In this document: piece after piece, positions 50,039-61,570 of the stretch
Numbering within the stretch: the stretch's first letter is position 1
How the letters are laid out: every line of letters begins with the position of its first letter
DNA from: Azolla caroliniana
Taxonomy: Eukaryota; Plantae; Polypodiophyta
Reading direction: 5' to 3'
Length of the DNA stretch: 64,000 nt
Assembly: GCA_043228905.1 (NCBI GenBank)
Contig: JBHGNT010000014.1
Coordinates: 8,866,001-8,930,000, forward strand
The notes under the pieces: generated by a model
What the model was told of the DNA's origin: nothing
What the model saw: only the letters and a program-made list of their open reading frames with translations
Database searches by the model: none
Position numbers and translations under genes: made by a program

Positions 50039-53000
50039 TGTTGAGAGACAAGCTCAACATCGTCTGGATCAGCTGAAGAAGCCAAGGACCTGATCGGCTG
50101 GGACTGATCAGTTAGGCCGTTAGGAAAGATATTCCGTGAGGAATATATTTGGGAGTTAGTGTAGGAGCTCTTAATGAGCATTGAAGTACTGTCAGTACTC
50201 CAATCAGTCCTTCTAGAGCTTGTACAAAGTGTTCATTGAACACATATATGTTTTGTTTTTTTGTCTTTTCATTATACATATTCTCCCTTTGGTGTCTTCT
50301 CTCCTGCGTATACTGTGTAAGCTCAAGCTCTCCATTAAACCTAAGTGTTCTCCCTTCTGTTCTGTCTTTATACTTGCTTCCGCACGCTACTTTTTACATG
50401 GTATCAGAGGGCGAGGGTTGAGAACCTCTCTGTAGCCAACACAGCTTGACGAAGAAGAACAAGAAGAACGATGGATAGAGGCATGGCGAGCTCGCTTCCA
50501 ACAGAGAAGCTCGACAGAACCAACTACGCGTCTTGGTCCTACAAGATGCACCAGTACCTGCTCGGGCACGGCTATTGGAGTTATGTCGAAGGAGCTAATG
50601 ACGCGGCACCCGAATCGACACACAGAGACTTTCCGTCATGGGAGCAATCGGCGAGCAAGGTATTATACTGCTTCGCGTCGTGTGTGGGCGAACAGCTATT
50701 GAGGTATATGTTCGGGATGCAAAGACGCCGAAGGGTGCGTGGGAAAATCTGAAGAAGATTTTTGCTGCGAGCACCACAGCCAGGAAGCTTCAGCTCCGAC
50801 AGGAGTTGAGCAACCTACGACAACGCGACTTGTCGGTGGCGGACTATACCTCGAAGATCAAGGATATCTGCAACTCCCTCTCCTCCATAGAGGTGAACAT
50901 CGAGGAGAGTGAGATGGTCCAGATCTATCTCGGAGGTTTGGCGTCGAAGTTCGGAGCGTTCCGAATGGTTGTGTGTACCCGGGAGAATACGCCATCCTTT
51001 TTCGACTTACAGTCGATGCTCTTGGTAGAGGAGAACCACGCGGGTGCGTCGACGAGCACGCACACCGACAACAAGATGTTGTACACGGAGGGAGAAAGGC
51101 CCCGTGGTCGTGGCGGATGAGGCGAGTCGGTACGCAATGGAAGCGGTCGACGAGATCAAGGAAGAAGGCACCGAAGTGATGCCGACAGCAACTCTGGACC
51201 CTCCGGAAACAGGGGGAGTCGAAGCGATGAGAACCGGCAAGGGAAGGCCATCGCGGAGTGCTGGTACTGTGGCAAGAAAGGCCACAGGGAAAGTGAGTGC
51301 TGGAAGAAGCACGCCGATTCGGAGAGAACCGGTTCCGGAAACGGCTCCAGACATACCGACAAGGGAAATCGGCAACGATCGCACTACGCCAAAGACTCCG
51401 GGAGAGCTGGAGAAGGGTCTGTCTTCGTGACGAGACACGAAGCAAACTCAATGAAACAGAGCACCCCGAGATCGGACGAGGTGTGGTACGTAGACTCCGG
51501 GACAAAAATCCGAGTCGGACATCGACTTGTGGCACAAGCGGATAGGCCACGTCAACCACCAGCGACTTCAAGATCTGCCAGCTTGGGAAGCAACACCGAC
51601 TTCCTTTCCCCAACGAGCGAAATCGGAGCCGGAACAAGCTTGACCTTATACACTCCGATGTATGGGGGCCGACACAAAACGTTAGTCTTGGCGGGAGCCG
51701 ATACATCGTCTCCTTCATTGACGACCACACGCGGCACACGTGGATCTACCTCATTGAGAGGAAGAGCGAGGTCTTTGACTGTTTTCGGGACCTCAAGGGG
51801 TTCGTGGAAACGGAAACGGGACGGAAGATCAAGTGCTTGTGGTCGGATGGCGGGAAAGAGTACTTTTCCGGTCAATTCAACGGTTACTTACAACAAATGG
51901 GAATTCGCCGCGAATTCAGTTGTAGATACACGCCGGAGCAAAACGGCGTGGCCGAGAGAAAGAATCAGTCAGTTGTGGAAGCGGCACGGACAATGCTTGA
52001 GGAGAAGAGCTTGCCCAAGTTCTACTGGGCCGAGGCGGTAAGGACCGTGGTATACATCCAGAACTGGATCGGAGACAAAGTGTCGGCACACGAGCTATAT
52101 TTCGGAACGAAGCCGAACTTGAGGGTGTTGGGTAGCATTGCGTCTGTGCATATACCGAAGGAGAAAAGGAGGAAGCTGGACGCAAAGGCCGAGAAATGCA
52201 TCTTGGTCGGTTACTCAGACGAGCAGAAGGGTTATAAGTGCTATAACCCTCGCACAAAACAAGCGCGTGTCAGCCGCGACGTTGTGTTTGACAAGTCCAC
52301 GTCCTAGTACCTGCCCCCGACTACGAACCCCGACTCGAATCCGAGCTCTGACGATGAGCTCAGCAAGGCCGAGATGCCTCCGGATGAGCCCGAAATCGAG
52401 ACCCGCGAAGAGAGTCCGATTTCACTCCGGTTAAGTGGACCGATTGGACGACTGAGTCGGTACGACCAGTCCGATGAAGAGCCGACGAGTAGTGGAGACT
52501 CGGCCGTGCATTCCCCGGGCAGGAAGCCGAGGAGACGGCTTACGCGCAAAGAGAAAGGGAAGAAGAAGGTGTCGGATTCCGGCACGGAAAGGAACGAGTC
52601 AGACCGACCCGACTCCGACTCCGAGGGAACCAATGATAGGTCTTTAAAGATGAAGACTGCGTCGACCGAGAAGGCCTCGACATCGGCTAATGTGAGATTA
52701 CGCCGATCTACCCGCCAGAAGAATCCTGTTTTGCGGTTCGGATACAACGAGTACATGGCGCATCATTATGCGTACATCACCCGTGTAGCGGAACTGCGTG
52801 AGCCGGAGAGCTACGCAGAAGCGGCTAAAGACGCGAATTGGCGTGCCGCGATGGAGGAAGAGATGCACGCATTGGCGGAGAACGAGACCTGGGACCTGGT
52901 TGACGCACCAAGAGGGGTAAAACCGATCGGGTGTAGGTGGGTGTACAAAGTCAAGTACAACACCAATGGCTCGGTCAACCGGTAGAAGGCTCGGCTAGTG

Positions 53001-55254
53001 GCAAAGGGCTACGCGCAGAAGCACGACGTCGACTACAATGAGACATTTGCGCCGGTCGCGAAAATGACGACCGTCCGTGTTTTGATCACAGTAGCCGCGG
53101 CCAAGGGGTGGCACCTACATCAAATGGATGTAAAGAATGCGTTCCTACAAGGTGACCTTGAGGAACAAGTGTACATTGTATAGCCCCCCGGATTTCGGGT
53201 TTAGGGTTTAGGGTTTAGGGTTTAGGGTTTAGGGTTTAGGGTTTAGGGTTTGGAACAAACTCCTCGGCAGTATGCCGACTGAAGAAGTCCCTTTACGGAC
53301 TAAAGCAAGCCCCGCGTGCCTGCAATACGAAGATCGCGCAACAACTGCGTCGGATGGGCTTTGTCACGTCAAAATCGGACTCTTCCCTGTTCATCCGGAA
53401 AGGTCGACTCGGACCGGTTAGTATTTTACTATAGGTTGATGACTTGGTCATCACCGGCGCCGACCTAGGTGAAATCGACCACGTGAAGCTCCAGCTTGTG
53501 GCATCGTTCGACATGAAGGATCTGGGGGACCTTCATTACTTCCTCGGGATCGAAGTGATCCGTACCCCCGAAGGCATATTGATCAGCCAACGTCATTACG
53601 TGCTGGGTATGCTCTTCAAACTCGGGATGGCCGATTGTAAGTCCATCTCGACTCCTCTGGACAGAACCATCAAGCTTCGTCCCGATACGGGAAAGGTATG
53701 CGACCCGACGAGGTTCCGAAAAATTGTCAGAAGCCTCATATACTTGACCATCACCCGACCCGACCTCAGTTATCCGGTCGGGGTGATCAGTCAGTTCATG
53801 GCGCGACCTACCGAGGAGCACCTTCAGTGTGCACAACACATATTTAGGTACGTAGGTGGCACTAAGGACCGAGGACTGCTATATCGGACCGGTGCAGCCG
53901 CGCAGTTAGTCGGCTACACCGATGTTGATTGTCCGATCCACGTCTGGATACGCGTTCTCCCTCGGGAGTGCCGCGATCGCGTGGAGCAGTAAGAAGCAGC
54001 CGACAGTTGCACTGTCGAGCACCGAAGTTGAGTACCGAGGAGCGACTGTCGCAACATGCGAAGCCATATGGTTGAAGCGGCTACTTACAGACCTGCAAGA
54101 GGAGGTGTCAGATCCGACGACGATCTATTGCGACAACCTCAGCAGCATCCAACTCGCGAAGAACTCCGTCTTCCACGCACGGACCAAGCACATTCAGGTG
54201 CACTACCATTTCGTCCGTGAGCGTGTCCTTTCCGGTGAAGTCGAACTTCAATACGTGCCGACGGATCGGCAGACTGCCGACATCTTCACAAAGCCTCTTG
54301 GTCTGGACAAGTTGCGGCAATTCTCAAGTGCGCTCGGGTTGCGTCACCTCGATGTGCCGAGCTTGAGGGGGAGAACAGTCCTGAACGACCAAGCAAAGCA
54401 GCAGGAAAGGAGCGGAGGCCGCGACACCGAGTCGGTTGACTCGGCTGTTGACTCAATTTTCGAGTTCGACTTCGGATCGGCTGAAGTAGCCGAGGGCGGA
54501 CCCACGGAAAAGTCCGAAAGCGGACAGAAGGGGAGTAGCCGAAGGAGAGAGCTAAAGCCAACCACGCATAGGGGAGATGACGCAATCAAGGGCGAGAAGA
54601 CCGAAGACGAGTTGGAGACAGCCAACTCGGACGAGAGCGAAAACCGATCGGAAGTAGCCGAGTCGGTTCGGATGTTTGATTCAGACACGTTGAATCAACC
54701 GAGGCCCAAGCAGAAGAAGTGTCGACACCGTAACAACAGAAGAGCTGATAAGGGTCACATGAGCAGACAAGCCGACCGTAAGGGTCGAAGCGCGCAGAGT
54801 CGAACATGTCGAGGAGCGTGAGCGAGGCATGAAGCCAGGAGGAACCGGAGCTGTGAAGATCCCGAAGAGCCTCAAGTTGAGCTTGAGGGGGAGTGTTGAG
54901 AGACAAGCTCAACATCGGCCGGATCGGCTGAAGAAGCTGAGGACCGGATCGGCTGGGACCGATCGGTTAGGCCGTTAGGAAAGATATTCCATGAGGAATA
55001 TATTTGGGAGTTAGTGTAGGAGCTCTTAATGAGCATTGAAGTACTGTCAGTACTCCAATCAGTCCTTCTAGGGCTTGTACAAAGTGTTCATTGAACACAT
55101 ATATGTTTTGTTTTTTTGTCTTTTCATTATACATATTCTCCCTTTGGTGTCTTTATCTCCCGCGTATACTGTGTAAGCTCAAGCTCTCCATTAAACCTAA
55201 GTGTTCTCCCTTCTGTTCTGTCTTTATACTTGCTTCCGCACGCTACTTTTTACA
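50039..55254 (+). mobile_element. Ty1/copia element G, degenerate (LTRs 50039-50398 and 54894-55254, PBS 50399, TSD attaa)
   Basis: Paired LTRs, attaa at 50034-50038 and 55255-55259; a close relative of F in the opposite orientation. Confidence 0.95.
53197..53251 (+). repeat. Interstitial telomere tract (GGGTTTA)~8 inside the RT of G
   Basis: Perfect 55-bp Arabidopsis-type repeat, absent from sister copy F (ggatttcacttcggaac). Confidence 0.97.
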
Positions 55255-55582
55255 ATTAAGAAGCTGGGGGCCACTTGTAAAATACTGTAATAGTAATCAT
55301 GTATTTAACCGTTAAAAAAAAACAAAAAAAAAGGAGAAGGTAGTGAGGACTATTAAAAGGGACTTTATGCATGCACAAACATCTAGGGCAAGAATACGTG
55401 GCACTACAATGTCACATAGACCAATGCACCCTAAACCACAAAAAGAGCAAAGCAGTAGGTTTTCTTCGCATTACAAACAACAAACCTCTCCTCGCTCTCT
55501 TCGCTCTCCACCATACAACAGAGCTCGTGCTCACCATAACCTGCAATCTTCGACTAACCTTCACGAGCCTTATCCACCCCCG

Positions 55583-55925
55583 ATGCCTATCACTATCTCT
55601 GCAGCTCTATGCAGATGGCTCCTAGAAAAGGGGTTTGAGGGCTATATCAGGGTCACTGAAGCACCACCGCACCTTGAAGCTCTTGACATAACCAAGAAGT
55701 TGAATGTGGACACAGTGACGAACGCCACCGTTCGGAAGAAACTTGGGTTATCGGTGATTGGGGAAAAGCACTTCGACATTTCTCTTGCAGAAACGCTCGG
55801 GAAATACTTTGGAGAATATTCAACATCGGCTAAAGCATACAGAACGAAGGATATTCCAAATCCATTTTTTGGGAAATCGCCAAGTTCCTATAGGAGGTCG
55901 GGTGCGTACACGTCAATGCATACGG
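55583..55925 (+). pseudogene. 5' part of an extra ORF in the 3' region of gypsy A2, function unknown
   Basis: Normal-complexity reading frame MPITISAALCRWLLEKGFEGY...AKAYRTKDIPNPFF downstream of the integrase, cut by a clade B LTR. Confidence 0.5.
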
Positions 55926-56926
55926 TGTCGAGGAAAAAACCGTCCCGAGGCAGATTCGGGGAATAGTGTGTGTGAACTAGCCCTTACACGCGGGCACAAA
56001 GTTTAATGTATTGTACATAGTTAGGTAAAGACCAGCCAATGCAATATCCTAGGTGGCGCATATTCATTGTTGGGAGACAGGTCCCTCCAGATGGGAAGGG
56101 AGAAGAAAAGTCCTCGGCCGAATCCGTATGAGGTGGACCCGGCTACGGAGAGCCGAATGATACAGACCTGGTGAAGACCGGATGAGGAGTACCCGGCTAC
56201 GGAGAGCCGGATGATACAGACCCACCCGGTGAAGACCGGATGAGGAGTACCCGGCTACGGAGAGCCGGATGGTGCAGGCCCGGAATGAACCGGATGAGGA
56301 GTACCCGGCGACGGAGAGCCGGATGGTGCAGGCCCGGTATGAACCGGATGAGGAGTGCCCGGTTACGGAGAGCTGGATGGTGCAGGCCCGATATGAACCG
56401 GAGGAAGAAACATATTAGTAAATATGTTTCTGAGAGCCCATCGAGGCTATATTTGTAAATAGCCGAAAAGTCATATTAGTATAAATGTGACTTAGGGCAA
56501 ACCTTTTTTTGTGGTTGTCATTTTTCCTTGTTGGTGTAAGAAGAAGAGAGAGCATGTAATAGTGTACAGAGAGAGAGAGAGAGAGAGAAAGAGGTCGTTG
56601 CCTCTGTTGTAACCGCCGCCTGTGGCGAAGAGCGTGAGTCTGAGGTCGTTGCCTCCGAGAACTCACTGTTTTGTACATTCATACATAGTGACAGTTTGCA
56701 GCCTGTGGGCTGCCGTGGTTTTTCCCCTAGTTTGGGGTTTTCCACGTAAACCTCCTGTGTAGTGTGTGTATCTTCCTCTCCTTTGTATCGTGTTTCTATT
56801 TCCCACTTTCTGTGTATGAAAATAATCTCGGTTGCGGCCGAGCGTTGCGCATAAGGAACGTTGGGTTCCCGTCATTCATTAGGTAGGAAATCGAGGAGTA
56901 TCTCTATCCGAAAGGACAGAGAATAA
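55926..56926 (+). mobile_element. 5' part of a clade B LTR (55926-56067 plus 56875-56926), interrupted twice
   Basis: TGTCGAGGAAAAAACCGTCCC... and ...tatccgaaaggacagagaataa align with the B1 LTR; preceded by acgg (55922-55925). Confidence 0.85.
56068..56874 (+). mobile_element. Solo LTR of a copia family related to E, TSD ttcat, with a ~51-bp tandem array
   Basis: TGTTGGG...CCCGTCA flanked by ttcat (56063-56067, 56875-56879). Shares gtccctcc, atttgtaaatagcc, gacttagggcaaac and ctcggttg-ggccgag blocks with the E LTR. Confidence 0.9.
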
Positions 56927-59900
56927 TGTTATCGCTAGGGCCGAACAATGGCCTAACATAGGGTGTCCCTTTGAGACACTTCACCAAAGGGGTGTTGCAG
57001 TGAGATAAAGTTAGACCGACTATTAATGAAACCCTAATTGGTTACTAAGCGGCAAGATCATTAGTCAAAATACACGTGTAGGATAAATTATACTTAGCCC
57101 AGAATGGTAATTAACAATGATTAAGATATAGAACAACAACACTCTATTAATTATCCGCTAATGATTACAATCTAACCGGGCCCTTTTGTAGGTCTCTGGC
57201 TCTAGGTACAAACCGGTGCCAACCGGCAACCGGCTACAAACCGGTGTCGCGAAAATACGACGAGGATACGTGAACTTTGAGGCAAGACCCCGGGGCCTCC
57301 GACCAGAGGATAATCACATGTGTGCGTTTATATTTTTAACAATTAACAAAAAGAAGAAATTTAATAATTTTCATTAACAAAGGAAAAAGAAATTACAATA
57401 TGTCCCAAGATTGGGATTTAGAAGTTTTAGGTTTACTAAGATTAATAGAAAAGAAAAATTAGGGGTTTTGAGAGATATGGCTTCCGTAGGGAAGATTAGG
57501 ATTAGGTTATATGAGTATTATGGCTTCTGTAGGGAAGATTAGGGTTTTTGAGTATTATGGCTTCCGTAGGGAATTTTAGGGTTTATGAGAGTTATGGCTT
57601 CCCCAAGATAAGGGAGTTGAGAAGAAAAATAAGATAATATGGAGAGTGCCTCCCAGTGTAGGAAAAAAAAAAATGGAATAAATATGGAGTTCTCCCTTGA
57701 TCATAGCTTTTCCACTTTTTGTTGCATGGCCTCTACTTTTAGTTGCCTAGCTTTTTCTTTTGGTTGCATGTGACTGTCCACATGACCTTTACTTTTTCCA
57801 TGCACTCCTTTAGTTGCTTGTGTCCACATGGCCTTTACTTTAGTTCTCTTCACTTTACTTTAGTTTGTTGCATGATCCAATCTTTCGTCCGTCCGCTTCC
57901 AACCTCGTCCGGTAGCCGGTTCCATTTTGCTTGCCGGCCGGTTCCGGTTTCCTTGCCGGTTCCAGTTCTGGTTGTGCTTGCCGGCCGGTTCCGGTTTGCT
58001 TGCCGGTTCCGGTTCCGGTTTTGCTTGCCGGCCGGTTCCGGGTTTGCTTACCGGCCGGTTTCTGGTTTTGCTTACCAGCCGGTTTCGGTTTGCTTGCCGA
58101 TTACCGGTTCCGGTTTTGCTTGTCGGCCGGTTTCCAGTTTGCATACCTGTTCCGGTTCCGGTTTGCTTGCCGGCCGGTTTGCATACCCGTTCCGGTTCCG
58201 GTTTTGCTTGCCGACCGGTTCCAGTTTTGCATACCGGCCGGTTTCCGGATTGCATACCGGCCAGTTTCCGGATTTGCTTACCGGCCCGTTTCCGGATTTG
58301 CTTACCGGCCCGTTTCCGGATTTGCTTACCCGACCCGTTTTCCGGATTTGCTTACCGGCCGGTTTCCGGATTTGCTTACCAGACCCGTTTTCCGGATTTG
58401 CTTACCGGCCAGTTTCCGGATTTGCTTACCAGACCCGTTTTCCGGATTTGCTTACCGACCGGTTTCCGGTTTTAAGGAATTTGGCCACCATCATCCATCA
58501 AGACAAAGTGGCCAAAGTGCTCTTAGCACAAAAGAAAAATGAGGGAGCTCAAGCTGTTTATATAGCCAGGGCCTTAACTTTCCTATCTATGTGGGATAGT
58601 TCTAATTTCCCTATCTAATCAAACTTTATTTTCTCATAACTTGGTATGTATTTCTCCATTTTGTATATAGTAAAATACATTTTGAAGCTCTTGAGTATAT
58701 CCATCTTTCTATAGTAAGCTACTAATCTAATCTATAATAATTATTTCATTTTTTTTTTCATAGTGTGTGAAGATTCACACGACACCGGTCCGGATCCGGA
58801 TCGGCATACCGATTCCGGGTTCGTCCATTCGCTTCTCAAAATCATAATAGTTCTATATTATATATATAATTAGCTCTCGGTTATTAATTATCCCTTTCTT
58901 CCATTTTGGACTTTCCTTGCCGGCCAGTTAACACATGGCATGCCCGTGGGACAATACCTTATACGTCAAATCCCACAATCCGGCTTCATTCATCCTCCAA
59001 AATGACCAGAATGCTTTGATCTAAGGGTTCCAATGGTTCCTCGGGAAGTTGTTCTGTCATCAGTTGATGTTGTTGTTGTTCCTCCTCCTGTTGTTGCCCC
59101 GATTGCTCCTGTTCCTTCGGCTGCTCTCGTTGCCGCTCCGGCTCCAACTGTGGCTGCTTCTGGTGGACGTCTGTTTCCTACGGCTTTGTCTCGTTTGATC
59201 GGCTCTTCCTCCTTTTTTGGCTCAACTAGTCTTACCGGCTTTTCCTCCTTTTCCGGTTCTGTTGGTCTTACTGGCTCGTCCTCCTTCGGCTCTACTGGTC
59301 CTGGCGTCTCCTGGTTTTGTTGTCAGGCGTGCACCGGTTCCTGCGGATGACCTTCCTTTAGCGGCTCCTCTTGAGTACTATCTGGTTGGCTTCCCCCGGC
59401 TTTAACCAGCGTTTGTTCTGAAGATGGCTCCTCGTCACTAATGCTAATCGCCGCAGTTTTCTTGGCCACTTCTTGCCGTCACCGTTCTCGTTTGTACTTT
59501 TCGAAATGGAGTTGGTTGTCCAACTGGTCATCATCTAGCTGTGCCACCAACTGGCATACCGCCACCCTCTGCTCACCAGCCAAGGATATGAAATCATCTA
59601 ACAGTTCTTCCTTTATCGCTTCGATGCTTTCCTTATCCAGGATGTAAACTTCATCGCCCTCTTTCCGCCGGTTTTCTGCATCTGCCCACAACAACTGTAG
59701 CTCCGTTGCCTGCTTAGCCCACTTAGACAACCACTGTAGTGAGCTTTCTTCCATTAATTGCTTCGTTCGATTCCTCCATGCCAGTACAATATCCCGGATC
59801 CGCCCCAGCCCCATCTTCGACTTGTTCTCCACAGCCTATTTTTCGTTCTTCAATTGTTTGACCAGGCTCGCGGTTGCCACTTCTTGGCTTTTGTAGTGCA

Positions 59901-61381
59901 TGAGTTGGGTCTAATAGGTCGTCTGAACTCTATTCAGAGTCATTGTAGCGTGCTCCGTTTCCGCATGGTGCTTCACTTGCAGGTCCAGTCGCTCTTTCAC
60001 TGCTTCCGCCAGTTGTTTAGCTACTTCAACTCCCTTCGACTGCTCGTCCATCAATGCCGCCATTATCCGGATAATTTCCTCCCAGAGTTCCCTGCACTTT
60101 TCCTGCTGTTGGTCACTTTCAGTAATCAATTTCTTATGATCAACATCCAAATGCTTATAATCCCGGTGCAGTCGGTCGAAGTCGTCGGTTTTCTGTTTTA
60201 GCTTTTGATTGATAAGCTGGCGAGCACGGTCCTCACGGTCTTTTTGTTGCCGAAGCTCTTCTTTGAGGCGCTCCATCTCCACTTCCACCGTCCGCCAGAG
60301 TTTCTCTTTTTTTTGCAGGAGATTGTCTTTCTCTTCTTTGAGGCGGTCATACGCTTGATGAACTCTTCTCAAGCTTTCCTCTATTCGGCGAAGGCTGTCG
60401 GTCGTCCTCCTTTGTTCCTCCTCCGCCGCTTTTTTCAATTCTCGTTCCTTGGCTCGTAAAGCTTCTAGTGTTGTCAGGTCTTCCCTTCTAGTGCTGACGT
60501 TTTATGAGTATCCGGGCCTGCCTCAGTCACCGAGGTCTGATTGTTCTATAAAGTTACCGGAGCCACCGGTTCCGATTTCTGTGGTCCTTCTATGACCAAC
60601 TTGGCCATTTCTATTCTAGCCTTCTCTATGTCTTCTTCCATGCTCCGGATTCTTGACCGGGCCATCTCTAATTCCTCGGTTGTGGCTAGCAATCGAGCTT
60701 CCTGCGCTTTCTCTTCTGCTTCTAACTGGCAGACGACACTAGTCACTTGTTTTGATGCCCATCGTAGCCATTGACTGTCCGTGCCTTTTTGTTGTGCCGG
60801 TTCTGGTCGTGGGAGGGTGTTTTCATTGGCCATGAGCCTACTATTAACGGTTACGTCAAGCGGCTGCTCCGGTTCTGGCTGTTGCTGCTGCGGCGGCGAT
60901 GCCTGCAATTCAATGACCGGTTCTTAATCCACCAATACTGTCGTGCCCTGGACCATTGGTTCCGCAATGTCCTGCCACACCACTTGCTACGTCCCCGATT
61001 CTTGTTGAGGCAATTCTACCGCCTTCCTAGGCGGCGGCTCCACAGGGAGGGCTTCTAGTATAATATCCTCCATTGGTCTTGACGTCCCCCCTTCGTGGCC
61101 TGTTTCACTTGTCTGGCGACGACGTAACAATGTCTCCGTAGGCTCGTCTTCCTGTTGCTCTTCCTCCAGGGTCTTGCTGTTGATTAACGCTGCCAAGGGG
61201 TCTTGCCCCTGCGTTTTCTCCAGTTCCTGTTCTGCTTGTTGTTCCCGCAGGCGCAGCTTGATTTTCATAGGTCTCCCCGAGGTGTCCACCAATGCCTCCT
61301 TCTCTACCGGCCGCTTCCGATTCGGCCGTTCCTTCGTGTCGAATACGAGTCTATAATGGCCATATTCACACAGTCCCTTTG
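56927..61381 (-). mobile_element. Probable 3' end of another Ty3/gypsy element (LTR ~56927-58988 split by a solo LTR; degenerate extra ORF ~59000-61390)
   Basis: Begins TGTTATCG inside a B LTR (minus-strand end ...GATAACA, resembling the A2 LTR end GGTAACA). TATA-like tract near 58860; collinear Glu/Gln/Lys-rich coiled-coil ORF fragments. The inner LTR boundary is uncertain. Confidence 0.5.
57245..58784 (-). mobile_element. Solo LTR (long B-related subfamily), 4-bp TSD CCGG, with an expanded ~20-bp CCGG-rich array
   Basis: Inverted homolog of 10043-11192; ccgg at 57241-57244 and 58785-58788. Confidence 0.92.
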
Positions 61382-61531
61382 GACAACCCAAGTTTGGGCT
61401 ATTTCTGTAAATAGCATAAAGGGCAGTTTCCCTAGGATAGTCACTATATAAAGTGATTTTGTAAGCTTTAGGAAAGGTTGGTTGTCATTTTGTAACTGTT
61501 GCTATTAAGAAATAAAACGTTTCTTTGTGCC

Positions 61532-61570
<39 letters not shown>

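Larger units (their letters stand above)
11206..55925 (+). mobile_element. Host Ty3/gypsy element A2, degenerate and split by nested insertions (LTR ~11206-11670; gag 11882-12936 and 38833-39340; pol ~39340-49990; 3' region 55255-55925)
   Basis: LTR end GGTAACA at 11670 followed by a PBS; gag with CCHC-like knuckles; protease VDGGSGVN; RT FLDD; integrase WGLDFVGPF. Reading frames rejoin across the inserts (GHNR|QYKD, FLDG|FNGY, TPMTS|KALSRF, FRWT|GPY). The LTR start is uncertain. Confidence 0.82.

Noticed and set aside
41652-55254. F and G as one giant inverted repeat or composite transposon
   Set aside because: Each has its own TSD and LTR pair; they are independent insertions of one family in opposite orientations.
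57743-58618. 291-aa, 203-aa and 182-aa repetitive ORFs
   Set aside because: Open in several frames because the CCGG-rich LTR array lacks stop codons; not protein-coding.
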